64,000 nt of DNA from Macrostomum lignano (lineage: Eukaryota): the NCBI GenBank assembly GCA_002269645.1, contig NIVC01002976.1, forward strand, positions 1 to 64,000, given 5' to 3'. The position numbers were made by a program, and so were the translations under genes. This document shows positions 39,358-51,100 of this stretch, in pieces; position 1 is the first letter of the stretch, and each line of letters starts with the position of its first letter. The notes under the pieces are model-generated. The model was not told the origin of the DNA, did no database searches, and saw nothing but the letters and a program-made list of their open reading frames with translations.

Positions 39358-42300
39358 CGTTACCATCGAGGTAAATTTTTATTTTTCGAGGTGTAAGTGA
39401 TACTGGAGGCAGCTGGAGACACTACAGATACTGTAGTCAGTGAAAGTAACTTGATAGTTGTCAAGGTTAGCTTATAGGTGTCGGGAAAGGTATTCAAGCA
39501 TCAGAGGAAGTTTAATAGTGTCAGGGTATGGTTAATGAATGTCAGGAAAGGATGGTGGGTGTCAGGAAAGGATGGTGGGCGTCAGGAAAGGTTGACCGGT
39601 GTCAGAAAAGCATGACCGGTGTCAGTAAAGGATAACCGATGTCAGGAAAGGATTGTGGGCGTCAGGAAAGGATAACCGGTGTCAGGAAAGGAGGACCGGT
39701 GTCAGGAAAGGAGGACCGGTGTCAGGAAAGGAGGACCGGTGTCAGTTGATGTTGGATGTGCCAGAAACGGTGGTTAGGTGTCAGGGGAGTCAGCTGGGTG
39801 TCAGAGGAGTCAGCTGGGTGTCAGAGGAGTCAGCTGGGTGTCAGGGGAGTCAGCTGGGTGTCAGGGGAGTCAGCTGGGTGTCAGGGGAGTCAGCTGGGTG
39901 TCAGAGGAGTCAGCTGGGTGTCAGAGGAGTCAGCTGGGTGTCAGAGGAGTCAGCTGGGTGTCAGAGGAGTCAGCTGGGTGTCAGGGGAGTCAGCTGGGTG
40001 TCAGAGGAGTCAGCTGGGTGTCAGAGGAGTCAGCTGGGTGTCAGAGGAGTCAGCTGGGTATCAGAGGAGTCAGCTGGGTGTCAGAGGAGTCAGCTGGGTG
40101 TCAGAGGAGTCAGCTGGGTGTCAGAGGAGTCAGCTGGGTGTCACGGGAGTCAGCTGGGTGTCACGGGAGTCAGCTGGGTGTCAGAGGAGTCAGCTGGGTG
40201 TCAGGGGAGTCAGCTGGGTGTCACGGGAGTCAGCTGGGTGTCAGAGGAGTCAGCTGGGTGTCACGGGAGTCAGCTGGGTGTCAGAGGAGTCAGCTGGGTG
40301 TCAGAGGAGTCAGCTGGGTGTCAGAGGAGTCAGCTGGGTGTCAGGGGAGTCAGCTGGGTGTTAGGGTTGGCAACGGTAGTCCATTGTGGGAACCTGCCGA
40401 CATTTCGAAAATTCTTTTTTTTCCCAGGCGCTCCACCAGCTCGAATCAGTCTCAGAGCCGCGGCCAGCAGCAGCAGCAGCAGCAGCAGGCCAGGCGCTGC
40501 CACAGGTGCTACGGATCGGCCGACGAGTGCGACGAAGAATCTTCAGCAGCAGCAGCCGCCGCCGCAGCCGCCGCAGCCGCGGAAGCCGCCGCGGAAGCTT
40601 CGCAGTGCCGCCTACGCGCCACGGGAGCCCCGCTGTGCCTATCGGACGTCGAGACCTGCGGCAGCCCGGCCGGCGGCAGCTTGCTGAGGCAGCGTCGCCA
40701 GCTGGGGCTGGGCCGGCAGCAGCAGCGCCGTTCGGATTCAGCCGCCGGCTCCTACTCTGACAACGAGTCGGCGGCTGGACCGATGCTTTACTCCGGTCAG
40801 CAGCAGCAGAGACGGCGAGGTCTGGAAGGCGTCCAGCTGCCGTACCCGGGCGGCTGCTCCGCCGGCCGCTTCGCCTCGCTGGACCGCGCCGGCCTCGGCT
40901 CCGCCTCGCTGCTCTCTTCGCCAACGTCGTCTTCATCGCCGTCGGCCGCCGAGCGTCGGGGCCGAGAGATTCGCCAGCTTCGCCGGGAGCTCGCCGAGGC
41001 CCGGCAGCGCGCCAGCAGTTTGTCGGCGGCGCTGAACGCCAACGCCAGCGCCGTGTCGGCATTTGAGCGCCGGCTGGGCGGCGCGTCAGCCCGTCTGCTC
41101 GAGCTGACGTCCAGCGCGAGGCGCGGCGACGCGGAGATTAACCAGCTGCGCGCCGCTATTACGCAGATGCGCGCTGGAGTCGACGGTAGCGCCGGCGGCA
41201 GCCCGGAGGTCGTCAATCTGCTGGACTGGCCGGTCGGCGTCCCCGTCAGCGGCAGCGGCAACGATAGCGCGGCGTCGCTCTTGCTTACCGTCGTCGTGGA
41301 CGTCGACACTCCGACGCCGATTGGCCGGCTGCGCGTCGGCGCCGCTGCCGCCTGGCCGGATGTCGCCGCCGGCGCGCGTCGGCTGCTGCGCGAATTTGCC
41401 GTCCGCGTCGACCCTCCGGGCGGCCTCGGGCTCGGCGCCGACTCTGTGGCCGCCTGCCTCCTTGTCGGCTTCAAGGACTCTGGCGTCAGCGTCGATTCGT
41501 TGACTTCAACAGCGACGACGCCCTACCAGCAGCTGGCGGCCTTTGCCTCCGACGATGGCGGCAGCCGCGTCAGCCGCTGCCAGCTGCGCCTGGTCCTGCG
41601 CGACTTCAACAGCGAAGGCAGCGGCGGCGGCGGCTCTTCTCTTGACGCTCTCGCATTCGCGACGCTGGTGCCCAAAGCGGTGCTGCAGCGGTACATCTGC
41701 CTGCTGGCCGAGCACCGTCGGCTGGTTCTGTGCGGCCCGACTGGCACTGGTGAGTCGCTGAAGCCGCTTCAGGAGGAACCTGCAAGAGGAACTTTAATGG
41801 GAGGGGGGTGGAACCTGAAGGAGGGAAACCTGAAGGAGGGGGAACCTGAAGGAGGGAAACCTGAAGGAGGGGGAACCTGAAGGAGGGAAACCTGAAGGAG
41901 GGAGAACCTGAAGGAGGGGGAACCTGAAGGAGGGGGAACCTGAAAGAGGGGAACCTGAAGGAGGGGGGACCTGAAGGAGGGGGAACCTGAAGGAGGGGGA
42001 ACCTGAAGGAGGGAAACCTGAAGGAGGGGAACCTGAAGGAGGGAAACCTGAAGGAGGGGGAACCTGAAGGAGGGAAACCTGAAGGAGGGGGAACCTGAAG
42101 GAGGGAAACCTGAAGGAGGGGGAACCTGAAGGAGGGAAACCTGAAGGAGGAAGAACCTGAAGAAGGGGGAACCTGAAGGAGGGAAACCTGAAGGAGGTGG
42201 AACCTGAAGGAGGGGGAACCTGAAGGAGGGGGAACCTGAAGGAGGGGAACCTGAAGGAGGGGGGACCTGAAGGAGGGGGAACCTGAAGGAGGGGGAACCT

Positions 42301-45300
42301 GAAGGAGGGGAGCCTGAAGGAAGCGGAACCTGAAGGAGGGGGAACCTGAAGGAGGGGGAATCTGAAGGAGGGGGGACCTGAAGGAAGCGGAACCTGATGG
42401 AGGGGGAACCTGAAGAAAGCAGAACCTGAAGGAGGAGAACCTGAAGGAAGCAGAACCTTAAGGAGGGGAAACCTGAAGGAGGGAGAACCTGAAGGAGGGG
42501 GAACCTGAAGGAGGGGGAGCCTGAAGGGATGTACAGGCCAGGAAACGCTGTAGATACGATGGCAAAGATCCGGATTTTCAGAAAGTAGGAGTAAAAAATT
42601 TAGCATCTGAATTGTTACTAACCGCGCCCAAGTCAGCTTAACTTGTAAATTGTCATTTTTGTATAGTTTGACTGCACGATCAAAAACTGCCACTTTAAAT
42701 TAAAGTCCTTGGGCAGAAATTCAACAGTACATGTGGTACTTTCTCTGCAATACGACTCGTAATGTTTTCCATGATTTTCTAGGAAACACGCGAATTTCTA
42801 TTTCCAGGAATCGACTGCACCGAGCCGGCTTGCGGACACGCAAACAAACCGGCGTCCTAAGGGGATGAAGGGAGGAATTATAGGGATATTTTTGGGCTCG
42901 ACTGAAATCCCTGGTGCCCAGGCTGACCCAACACTAAATGAGGAATCTGAGTGCAATAATTCTCCCCTATTTAGATCGGGCTCCGGGGCGAGGTGATAAG
43001 ATGGGAAGTGGATGAAAAACTTGAGGGCTGGAGGCTGCTGGGTTGTGGGCCTCTGTTAGAGAGCCTTCATCGATTTCCAAAGATGAAATAAGCGATTTCT
43101 CTAAGGTGACACCAGCAGGCCTGGGGCCAAGGCACCTGGCTCAGAGAATGGGGAGCCAATGCTGCTGCTGAGTTCAGAGCCATCTCATTAATTTTGATTT
43201 ATTGCGTATGCTGCTGCTACGAGTATGCTGCGATTTTCAAATGAGATTTTGCTGCTCCTATAGACTCAATGCTTTTTGGGTTCACTAATTACTTTGCTGC
43301 AGTGTCTGTCTTTACTATCCACTCATCTCCTCTCTCCCCTCTCATCTCTTCTCCCCTCTCATCTCCTCTCTTCCCACTCATCTCCTCTCTCCCCTCTCAT
43401 CTCCTCTCTCCCCTCTCATCTCTTCTCCCCTCTCATCTCCTCTCTTCCCACTCATCTCCTCTCTTCCCACTCATCTCCTCTCTCCCCTCTCATCTCCTTC
43501 CCCCTCTCATCTCCTCTCTTCCTTCTCATCTCCTCTCTTCCCACTCATCTTCTCTCTCCCCTCTCATCTCCTCTCCTCTCTCATCTCCTCTCTTCCCACT
43601 CATCTCCTCTCTCCCCTCTCATCTCCCCTCTCTCCTCTCATCTCCTCTCTTCCTTCTCATCTCCTCTCTCCCCACTCATCTCCTCTCTTCCCACTCATCT
43701 CCTCTCTCCCCTCTCATCTCCCCTCTCTCCTCTCATCTCCTCTCTTCCTTCTCATCTCCTCTCTCCCCACTCATCTCCTCTCTCCCCTCTCATCTCCTCT
43801 CCCCTCTCATCTCCCCTCTCTCCTCTCATCTCCTCTCTTCCTTCTCATCTCCTCTCTCCCCACTCATCTCCTCGCTCCCCTCTCATCTCCTCTCCTCTCT
43901 CATCTCCTCTCCCCTCTCATCTTCTCTCTTCCTTCTCATCTCCTCTCTTCCCACTCATCTCCTCTCTCCCCTCTCATCTCCTCTCCTCTCGCATCTCCTC
44001 TCCCCTCTCATCTCCTCTTTTCCCACTCATCTCCTCTCTCCCCTCTCATCCTCTCTCCCCTCTCATCCCCTCTCCCCTCCCATCCCCTCTCTTCCCTCTC
44101 ATCCCCTCTCTCCCGTCTCATCTCCTCTCTCCCCTCTTTTTCCCTCACATCTCCCTTCCCATCTCCTCTTTTCTCTCTGCTCTCTCCCGCCTCTCATATC
44201 CTCTCTTTTTCTCTCATCTCTCCTCTCTCCTTGCCTGTTCTCTCTTTTAAACCCCATTTTTATCTCCGCATACAAATATTGTCGTATTTTCCTCAAGTTT
44301 TAGTGAACTTTATTTACACTCTACTACAAGTAAAAAGACTCGAGCATTCAAACTGATAAAAAATCCCATCCAATCGGGCAGGCAAGACTTTCTTGGCCCG
44401 GCGGCTCGCCCGTCACATGGCGCGCTTGGAACGACGCCGCTCAGACGACGACGAGGAGGCCGACGTCTCCGGCGCTGTGGCCGAATTCTCCGGAGAATTG
44501 CGTCGCAGCGAACAGGAGCTGCGGGCCTTCCTGGCCGAGGCCGTGGCGCAGTCAGTCGCGGAACCGGACCCGAAGCGGCCGTCTCGCGGAGTCCAGGTTC
44601 TGCTGCTGGACAGCCTGCAGCACCTGGGGCCTCTGGCCGAAGCTCGAAGCGGATTGGCTGCCAGCCGGTTGTACATCATCTGCACCGTGCGGAGGGGGCT
44701 GCGGCAGCTGCAGGCGCTGGACGATGGCGGCATCGGCGGTGAAGTGTGAGCTGGGCTGCCAGGGGTGCTGGGGATATCGGGATGTGTGCCGAGTGCTGTG
44801 TGCTGTGTACTGTGTGCTGTGTACTGTGTGCTGTGTACTGGGTGCTGTGTACTGTGTGCTGTGTACTGTGTGCTGTGTACTGTGTACCGAGTGCTGTGTG
44901 CTGTGTACTGTGTGCCGAGTGCTGTGTGCTGCGTACTGTGTGCTGTGTACCGTGTGCTGTGTACTGTTTGCTGTGTACTGTGTGCTGTATGCTGTGTACT
45001 GTGTACTGTGTGCTGTGTACTGTGTGCTGTGTACTGTGTACTGTGTGCTGTGTACTGTGTGCTGTATGCTGTATGCTGTGTACTGTTGTGTACTGCGTAC
45101 TCTGTATAAACGCCATAGAATTCCTGTGCTCAAGTCTCTCTCCCTACTCAAAATCACCCCAACAGTGGATTTCGTTGGCTGCTGTGCGCCAACCATCTGG
45201 AGCCAGTGCGAGGCCTGCTCGGTCGTCACCTTCGCCGACAACGCCTGGTGGCCGAAGCTTCCCAGCCGCCGTCCAAACAGACCGCCGAGCCGCCGCGGCG

Positions 45301-46471
45301 GCACCAACTTGACGACTGGCTGCCCGGGGCCTGGCAGCGGGTGAACTCCTTCCTGGAGGCCCGGGGCGGCGGCCCGGACGCCACGGTCGGACCGGGGCCG
45401 CTGCTCGGCTGCCCGCTGGACCCGGCGGCGTCACGTGACTGGTTTGTCAGCCTGTGGAACCACTCGCTGGCGCCAAGGTGAGACTTCAATGCTGAGCTAG
45501 TCAAGTAGTAAGAGAATATAGACAAAACCAGTCCAACCATAGACAAAACCAGTCCAACCATAGACAAATCGAGTCCAACCATAGACAAAACCAGTCCAAC
45601 CATAGAGAAAACCAGTCCAACCATAGACAAAATCAGTCCAACCATATACAAAACCAGTCGAGCCATAGACAAAGCCAGTCCAACCATAGACAAATCGAGT
45701 CCAACCATAGACAAACGCAGTCGAAACCATAGACAAAACCAGTCCAACCATAGACAAATCGAGTCCATCCATAGACAAAACCAGTCCAAACCATAGACAA
45801 AACCAGTCCAACCATAGACAAAACCAGTCCAACCATAGACAAAACCAGTCCAACCATAGACAAAACCAGTCCAACCATAGACAAACGCAGTCGAAACCAT
45901 AGACAAAACCAGTCCAACCATAGACAAATCGAGTCCATCCATAGACAAAACCAGTCCAACCATAGACAAAACCAGTCCACCCATAGACAAATCGAGTCCA
46001 TCCATAGACAAAACCAGTCCAAACCATAGACAAATCGAGTCCATCCATAGACAAAACCAGTCCAAACCATAGACAAAACCAGTCCAAACCATAGACAAAA
46101 CCAGTCCAACCATAGACAAAACCAGTCCAAACCATAGACAAAACCAGTTCAAACCATAGACAAAACCAGTCCAACCATAGACAAAACCAGTTCAACCATA
46201 GACAAATCGAGTCCAGCCATATACAAAACCACCGAATTGTGCCCGCAGGCTGCTAGCAGCATCCTCGATGACCCAGTCCTCCGCCGAAGACTGGGAGGAC
46301 CCAGCAGACTGGGTGATGTCCACCTGGCCATGGCCTGAGCTGCCACCAGGCGATGGAGAGCTGGTGAGACTGCGGTCTCAAACGGCAGCTCCGGACCCGT
46401 TGATGACCATGCTGATGAAGCTGAGGGAGGCTGCAGCTGCTTCTGGCAGAGGCGAGGAAGACAATGTTTAA
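38700..46471 (+). CDS. NAV (unc-53): Neuron navigator/unc-53-like AAA protein. Coding exons 38700-39370, 40428-41749, 44382-44745, 45166-45477, 46249-46471; likely 5'UTR exon ending 38383
   Basis: GYASDG motif, coiled coil IRQLRRELAEA, Walker A GPTGTG|KT split by an intron, VLLLDSLQH, FRWLLCANHLEPVRGLLGRHLRR, DWFVSLWN, WEDPADWV..WPW, DPLMTMLMKL; AATAAA at 46508. Confidence 0.92.
39540..40360. repeat. 20-bp minisatellite (GTCAGCTGGGTGTCAGAGGA, ~29 copies) preceded by related degenerate GTCAGGAAAGGA units
   Basis: Direct periodicity in the NAV intron 39371-40427. Confidence 0.96.
41800..42530. repeat. 15-16-bp repeat (GGAACCTGAAGGAGGG) in a NAV intron
   Basis: Direct periodicity. Confidence 0.96.
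43320..44250. repeat. Degenerate CT-rich repeat (CTCATCTCCTCTC..) in a NAV intron
   Basis: Direct. Confidence 0.93.
44780..45100. repeat. 12-bp repeat (TGTGCTGTGTAC) with shorter variants
   Basis: Fills the NAV intron 44746-45165. Confidence 0.95.
45518..46232. repeat. 21-bp repeat (CATAGACAAAACCAGTCCAAC), ~34 copies
   Basis: Fills the last NAV intron to within ~16 nt of the acceptor. Confidence 0.96.
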
Positions 46472-46974
46472 CTAAATGCAATCAAGTCGCAATCAAGTGC
46501 TTCGAAGAATAAACTGGTTTATATATTACAATTGCTACTCATAGAAGAACTTCAAGTAGTTTTGTACAGACCGCTTGTCTATCGAATTTTTTCAACCCGG
46601 CCAATCAGTCATATTGCTATTTTAAATTTTGCGCTTTTAATTTTAACATTTAATTCGTTTTTTGAATGCTCGACTAGGTTACTTTCGAGTAGCGAGATGG
46701 GAGAATTATTCATTTAAACTCCATTTTTCATTAATCCGTAGCTCCATGTAAAAACCGTCAGCCATCGTTTTTAAAAGTTTCTTTTAGAGTTGAAATTTAA
46801 TCATCTTAAATATTCGCTGATTTTTTCAACATTTCTGTCGGCTTTAAAGCTGATCGTTAATACATAGTACAGATATTAGACCGCGGAATATTTGTGTAGG
46901 GAATGGCAGTTTAAACTATTTGCACTCATTTTTTGTCTCCAGTATACATTCAGCTACGCATAGAAGAGAGAGGA

Positions 46975-47715
46975 TTTCGTCGCCAATGTACATTCAGCTA
47001 GAGGAGAGAGAATTTCGTCGCCAATGTACATCCAGCCAGAGGAGAGAGAATTTCGTCGCCAATGTACATCCAGCTAGAGGAGAGAGAATTTCGTCGCCAA
47101 TGTATATCCAGCTAGATGAGAGAGAATTTCGTCGCCAATGTACATCCAGCTAGATGAGAGAGAATTTCGTCGCCAATGTACATCCAGCTAGAGGAGAGAG
47201 AATTTCGTCGCCAATGTATATCCAGCTAGATGAGAGAGAATTTCGTCGCCAATGTATATCCAGCTAGATGAGAGAGAATTTCGTCGCCAATGTACATCCA
47301 GCTAGAGGAGGAAGAATTTCGTCGCCAATGTACATCCAGCTACAGGAGAGAGAATTTCGTCGCCAATGTACATCCAGCTAGATGAGAGAGAATTTCGTCG
47401 CCAATGTACATCCAGTTAGAGGAGATAGAATTTCGTCGCCAATGTACATCCAGCTAGAGGAGAGAGAATTTCGTCGCCAATGTACATCCAGCTAGAGGAG
47501 AGAGAATTTCGTCGCCAATGTACATCCAGCTAGAGGAGGAAGAATTTCGTCGCCAATGTACATCCAGCTACAGGAGAGAGAATTTCGTCACCAATGTACA
47601 TCCAGCTAGAGGAGAGAGAATTTCGTCGCCAATGTACATCCAGCTAGAGGAGAGAGAATTTCGTCGCCAATGTACATCCAGCTAGATGAGAGAGAATTTC
47701 GTCGCCAATTTACAT
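46975..47715. repeat. 38-bp repeat (GAGAGAGAATTTCGTCGCCAATGTACATCCAGCTAGAG), ~19 copies, between convergent genes
   Basis: Direct periodicity. Confidence 0.97.
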
Positions 47716-48175
47716 TCAGCAACGCCTGCAAGAGAGAATAGAATAGAAAAAGACAGAAAAGTCCTGTTTTCGATTTGCTATTCTACAATACTATATTAAA
47801 CAATTTGATAAAATTAAACTACAAGTACATTGTTTTATTTCAGAAAATAATTGGCCGGTAAAAACTTTACAAATATGCAATTTAAATGGTCTTCACAAGC
47901 GTTTGTTAAGTTTTTAAAAGGTGAGGAGTTCTAGTTTTGAGTATCTAGTTTAGCCTGACTAAAAATGCTACTGACAGAACACGGACTAAAGCTTAGCTAG
48001 ATGGTGAATCGCTACGACTCTCTGCAAAATCGACTCCAAACTAACTACAGCTTAAGAGTCAAAGCGCTGAATCAAAACATTTATGCATGCGAAGCGAATT
48101 TTTGTTCCTTTTCTGGAAAACTGTAATTAAATTGAATAATTTAACGGAAGCATTTGACACGATTTGATCATGTCA

Positions 48176-51100
48176 TCAAACTGGCGTTGTCTTGGCTCTG
48201 CTGTTTCCATGGTAACCGATTGTGCCTCTTGAATACGCTGAATGATGAAGATATCGATTATGCTGCTGCTGCTGATGATGATGATGATGAAGCTGCTGCA
48301 GGGAGCTCCTCGCGACGACCTCCGGTGTCGGAACGAATCGCGGTGGCGACCCGGTGTCAGCGTCTGACGCCGCCATCATCAGCTCCGGGTGCCGCTCTCT
48401 GGACACGAAATCGTCGCGCTCCTCTTCGTTGTTCTCCCCGTCCGGTAAGTAGCTCCAGGAGTCCTGCAACGAGCCGTCTGGATTGTTGTAGTCCTGGTAC
48501 GGATGCTTCAGGCTGTGCAGATGGTACTGCGGCGGCGGCGGAGGCGGCGGAGGCGGAACGCGTTTCGATGTCGACGACTGCGGCGGATGCGGAGGCGGCG
48601 GCGGTAGCAGGTGGATCTCGGGACTCTGCGGACGGCAGCTCTGCCAATTTCGATGCCGATGCTGCATCAGTGTCGACTCGATGGTAGCTCGGTGCCCTCC
48701 TAGGCTGTTTGCATTGTTGCTGCCGCTGACTGGCAGTCGGCTGTTGCTGTTCCCGCCGTTGCCGCCGGTGCAGTTGCCAGCAGCGGCGGTGGCGTCGGCC
48801 AATTTGGCCCTCCTGCTGGCGTAGTGTTTCGACCTGGCGATGTACAAATACACGGCGAACACCCCGGAAAACTCGGTGAACACGAAGCCGATCACGCACA
48901 GGTAGAAGGATGATCCGTAGCGGTACACGTATTTCTGATCGCCGGAAATGCTGGCCGAGGAGCTGTCGAATGCCTCGCTGATGCTGCCGACGTACAGCAC
49001 AATGCCGATGAGCAGGCAGAGACCTTCGGTGCGGGAAAGTGCATGGGATGAGTCAGGCATGGGGTGAGTCAGGCATGGGGTGAGTCAGGCATGGGATGAG
49101 TCAGGCATGGGGTGAGTCAGGCATGGGGTGAGTCAGGCATGGGGTGAGTCAGGCATGGGATGAGTCAGGCATGGGGTGAGTCAGGCATGGGATGAGTCAG
49201 GCATGGGGTGAGTCAGGCATGGGGTGAGTCAGGCATGGGGTGAGTCAGGCATGGGATGAGTCAGGCATGGGGTGAGTCAGGCATGGTGTGAGTCAGGCAT
49301 GGGATGAGTCAGGCATGGGGTGAGTCAGGCATGGGGTGAGTCAGGCATGGGGTGAGTCAGGCATGGGGTGAGTCAGGCATGGGATGAGTCAGGCATGGGG
49401 TGAGTCAGGCATGGGGTGAGTCAGGCATGGGGTGAGTCAGGCATGGGGTGAGTCAGGCATGGGGTGAGTCAGACATGGGGTGAGTCAGGCATGGGATGGG
49501 TCAGGCATGGGATGAGTCAGGCATGGGGTGAGTCAGGTATGGGACGAGTCAGACACGGGATGAGTCAGGCACGGACTGAGTCAGGCATGGGATGAGTCAG
49601 GCATGGGATGAGTCAGGCATGGGATGAGTCAGGCACGGACTGAGTCAGGCATGGGATGAGTCAGGCATGGGATGAGTCAGGCATGGGATGAGTCAGGCAC
49701 GGACTGAGTCAGGCATGGGATGAGTCAGGCACGGACTGAGTCAGGTATGGGATGAGTCAGACATGGGGTGAGTCAGGCATGGGATGAGTCAGGCACGGAC
49801 TGAGTCAGGCATGGGATGAGTCAGGCTTGGGGTGAGTCAGGCATGGGATGAGTCAGGCATGGACTGAGTAAGGCATGGGATGAGTCAGGCATGGGATGAG
49901 TCAGGCACGGACTGAGTCAGGCATGGGATGAGTCAGGCACGGACTGAGTCAGGTATGGGATGAGTCAGACATGGGGTGAGTCAGGCATGGGATGAGTCAG
50001 GCACGGACTGAGTCAGGCATGGGATGAGTCAGGCTTGGGGTGAGTCAGGCATGGGATGAGTCAGGCATGGACTGAGTAAGGCATGGGATGAGTCAGGCAT
50101 GGGATGAGTCAGGCATGGGATGAGTCAGGCATGGGATGAGTCAGGCACGGACTGAGTCAGGCATGGGATGAGTCAGGCACGGACTGAGTCAGGCATGAAA
50201 TCCCGCGCCCCAGGCCAGCCAGCTCCTCACCGGAGAACACGAACAGAGCTCCGCTGATGAAGATCAGTCTGATGGCTTTGGGATCGCAGAAGCTGAAGAA
50301 GGTGACCACGCAGCCAATGAGCAGCAGGGTCAGGCCAGCTGCCGGGAACAGGCTGGCTATGTGAAGGTCGTCTGCGGCGGCGGGTGCGGCGAGGGCGAGG
50401 CAAACTGCACAGTCGCCTCTCAGTAAAGACTTCTCGTGATAAAGTTTATCTGCCTTTAATAGGGTGCTGCATTCTCAGATGATCTCTGATTTTTTTTAAA
50501 CTTGATACCCCTAAAACTTGAAAACCCACTAAACTCAACAATCTACCAAAATTAAAAACTCGCCAAACTTAACAACCCACCAAACTTAACAATTCACCCA
50601 CCAAACTTAACAACCCACCAAACTTAACAACCCACCAAACTTAACAATTCACCCACCAAACTTAACAACCCACCAAACTTAACAACCCACCAAACTTAAC
50701 AATTCACCCACCAAACTTAACAACCCACCAAACTTAACAACCCACCAAACTTAACAATTCACCCACCAAACTTAACAACCCACCAAACTTAACAATTCAC
50801 CCACCAAACTTAACAACCCACCAAACTTAACAACCCACCAAACTTAACAACCCACCAAACTTAACAACCCACCAAACTTAACAATTCACCCACCAAACTT
50901 AACAACCCACCAAACTTAACAACCCACCAAACTTAACAACCCACCAAACTTAACAATTCACCCACCAAACTTAACAACCCACCAAACTTAACAACCCACC
51001 AAACTTAACAACCCACCAAACTTAACAACCCACCAACCAAAATTAACAATTCACCCACCAAACTTAACAACCCACCAAACTTAACAACCCACCAACCAAA

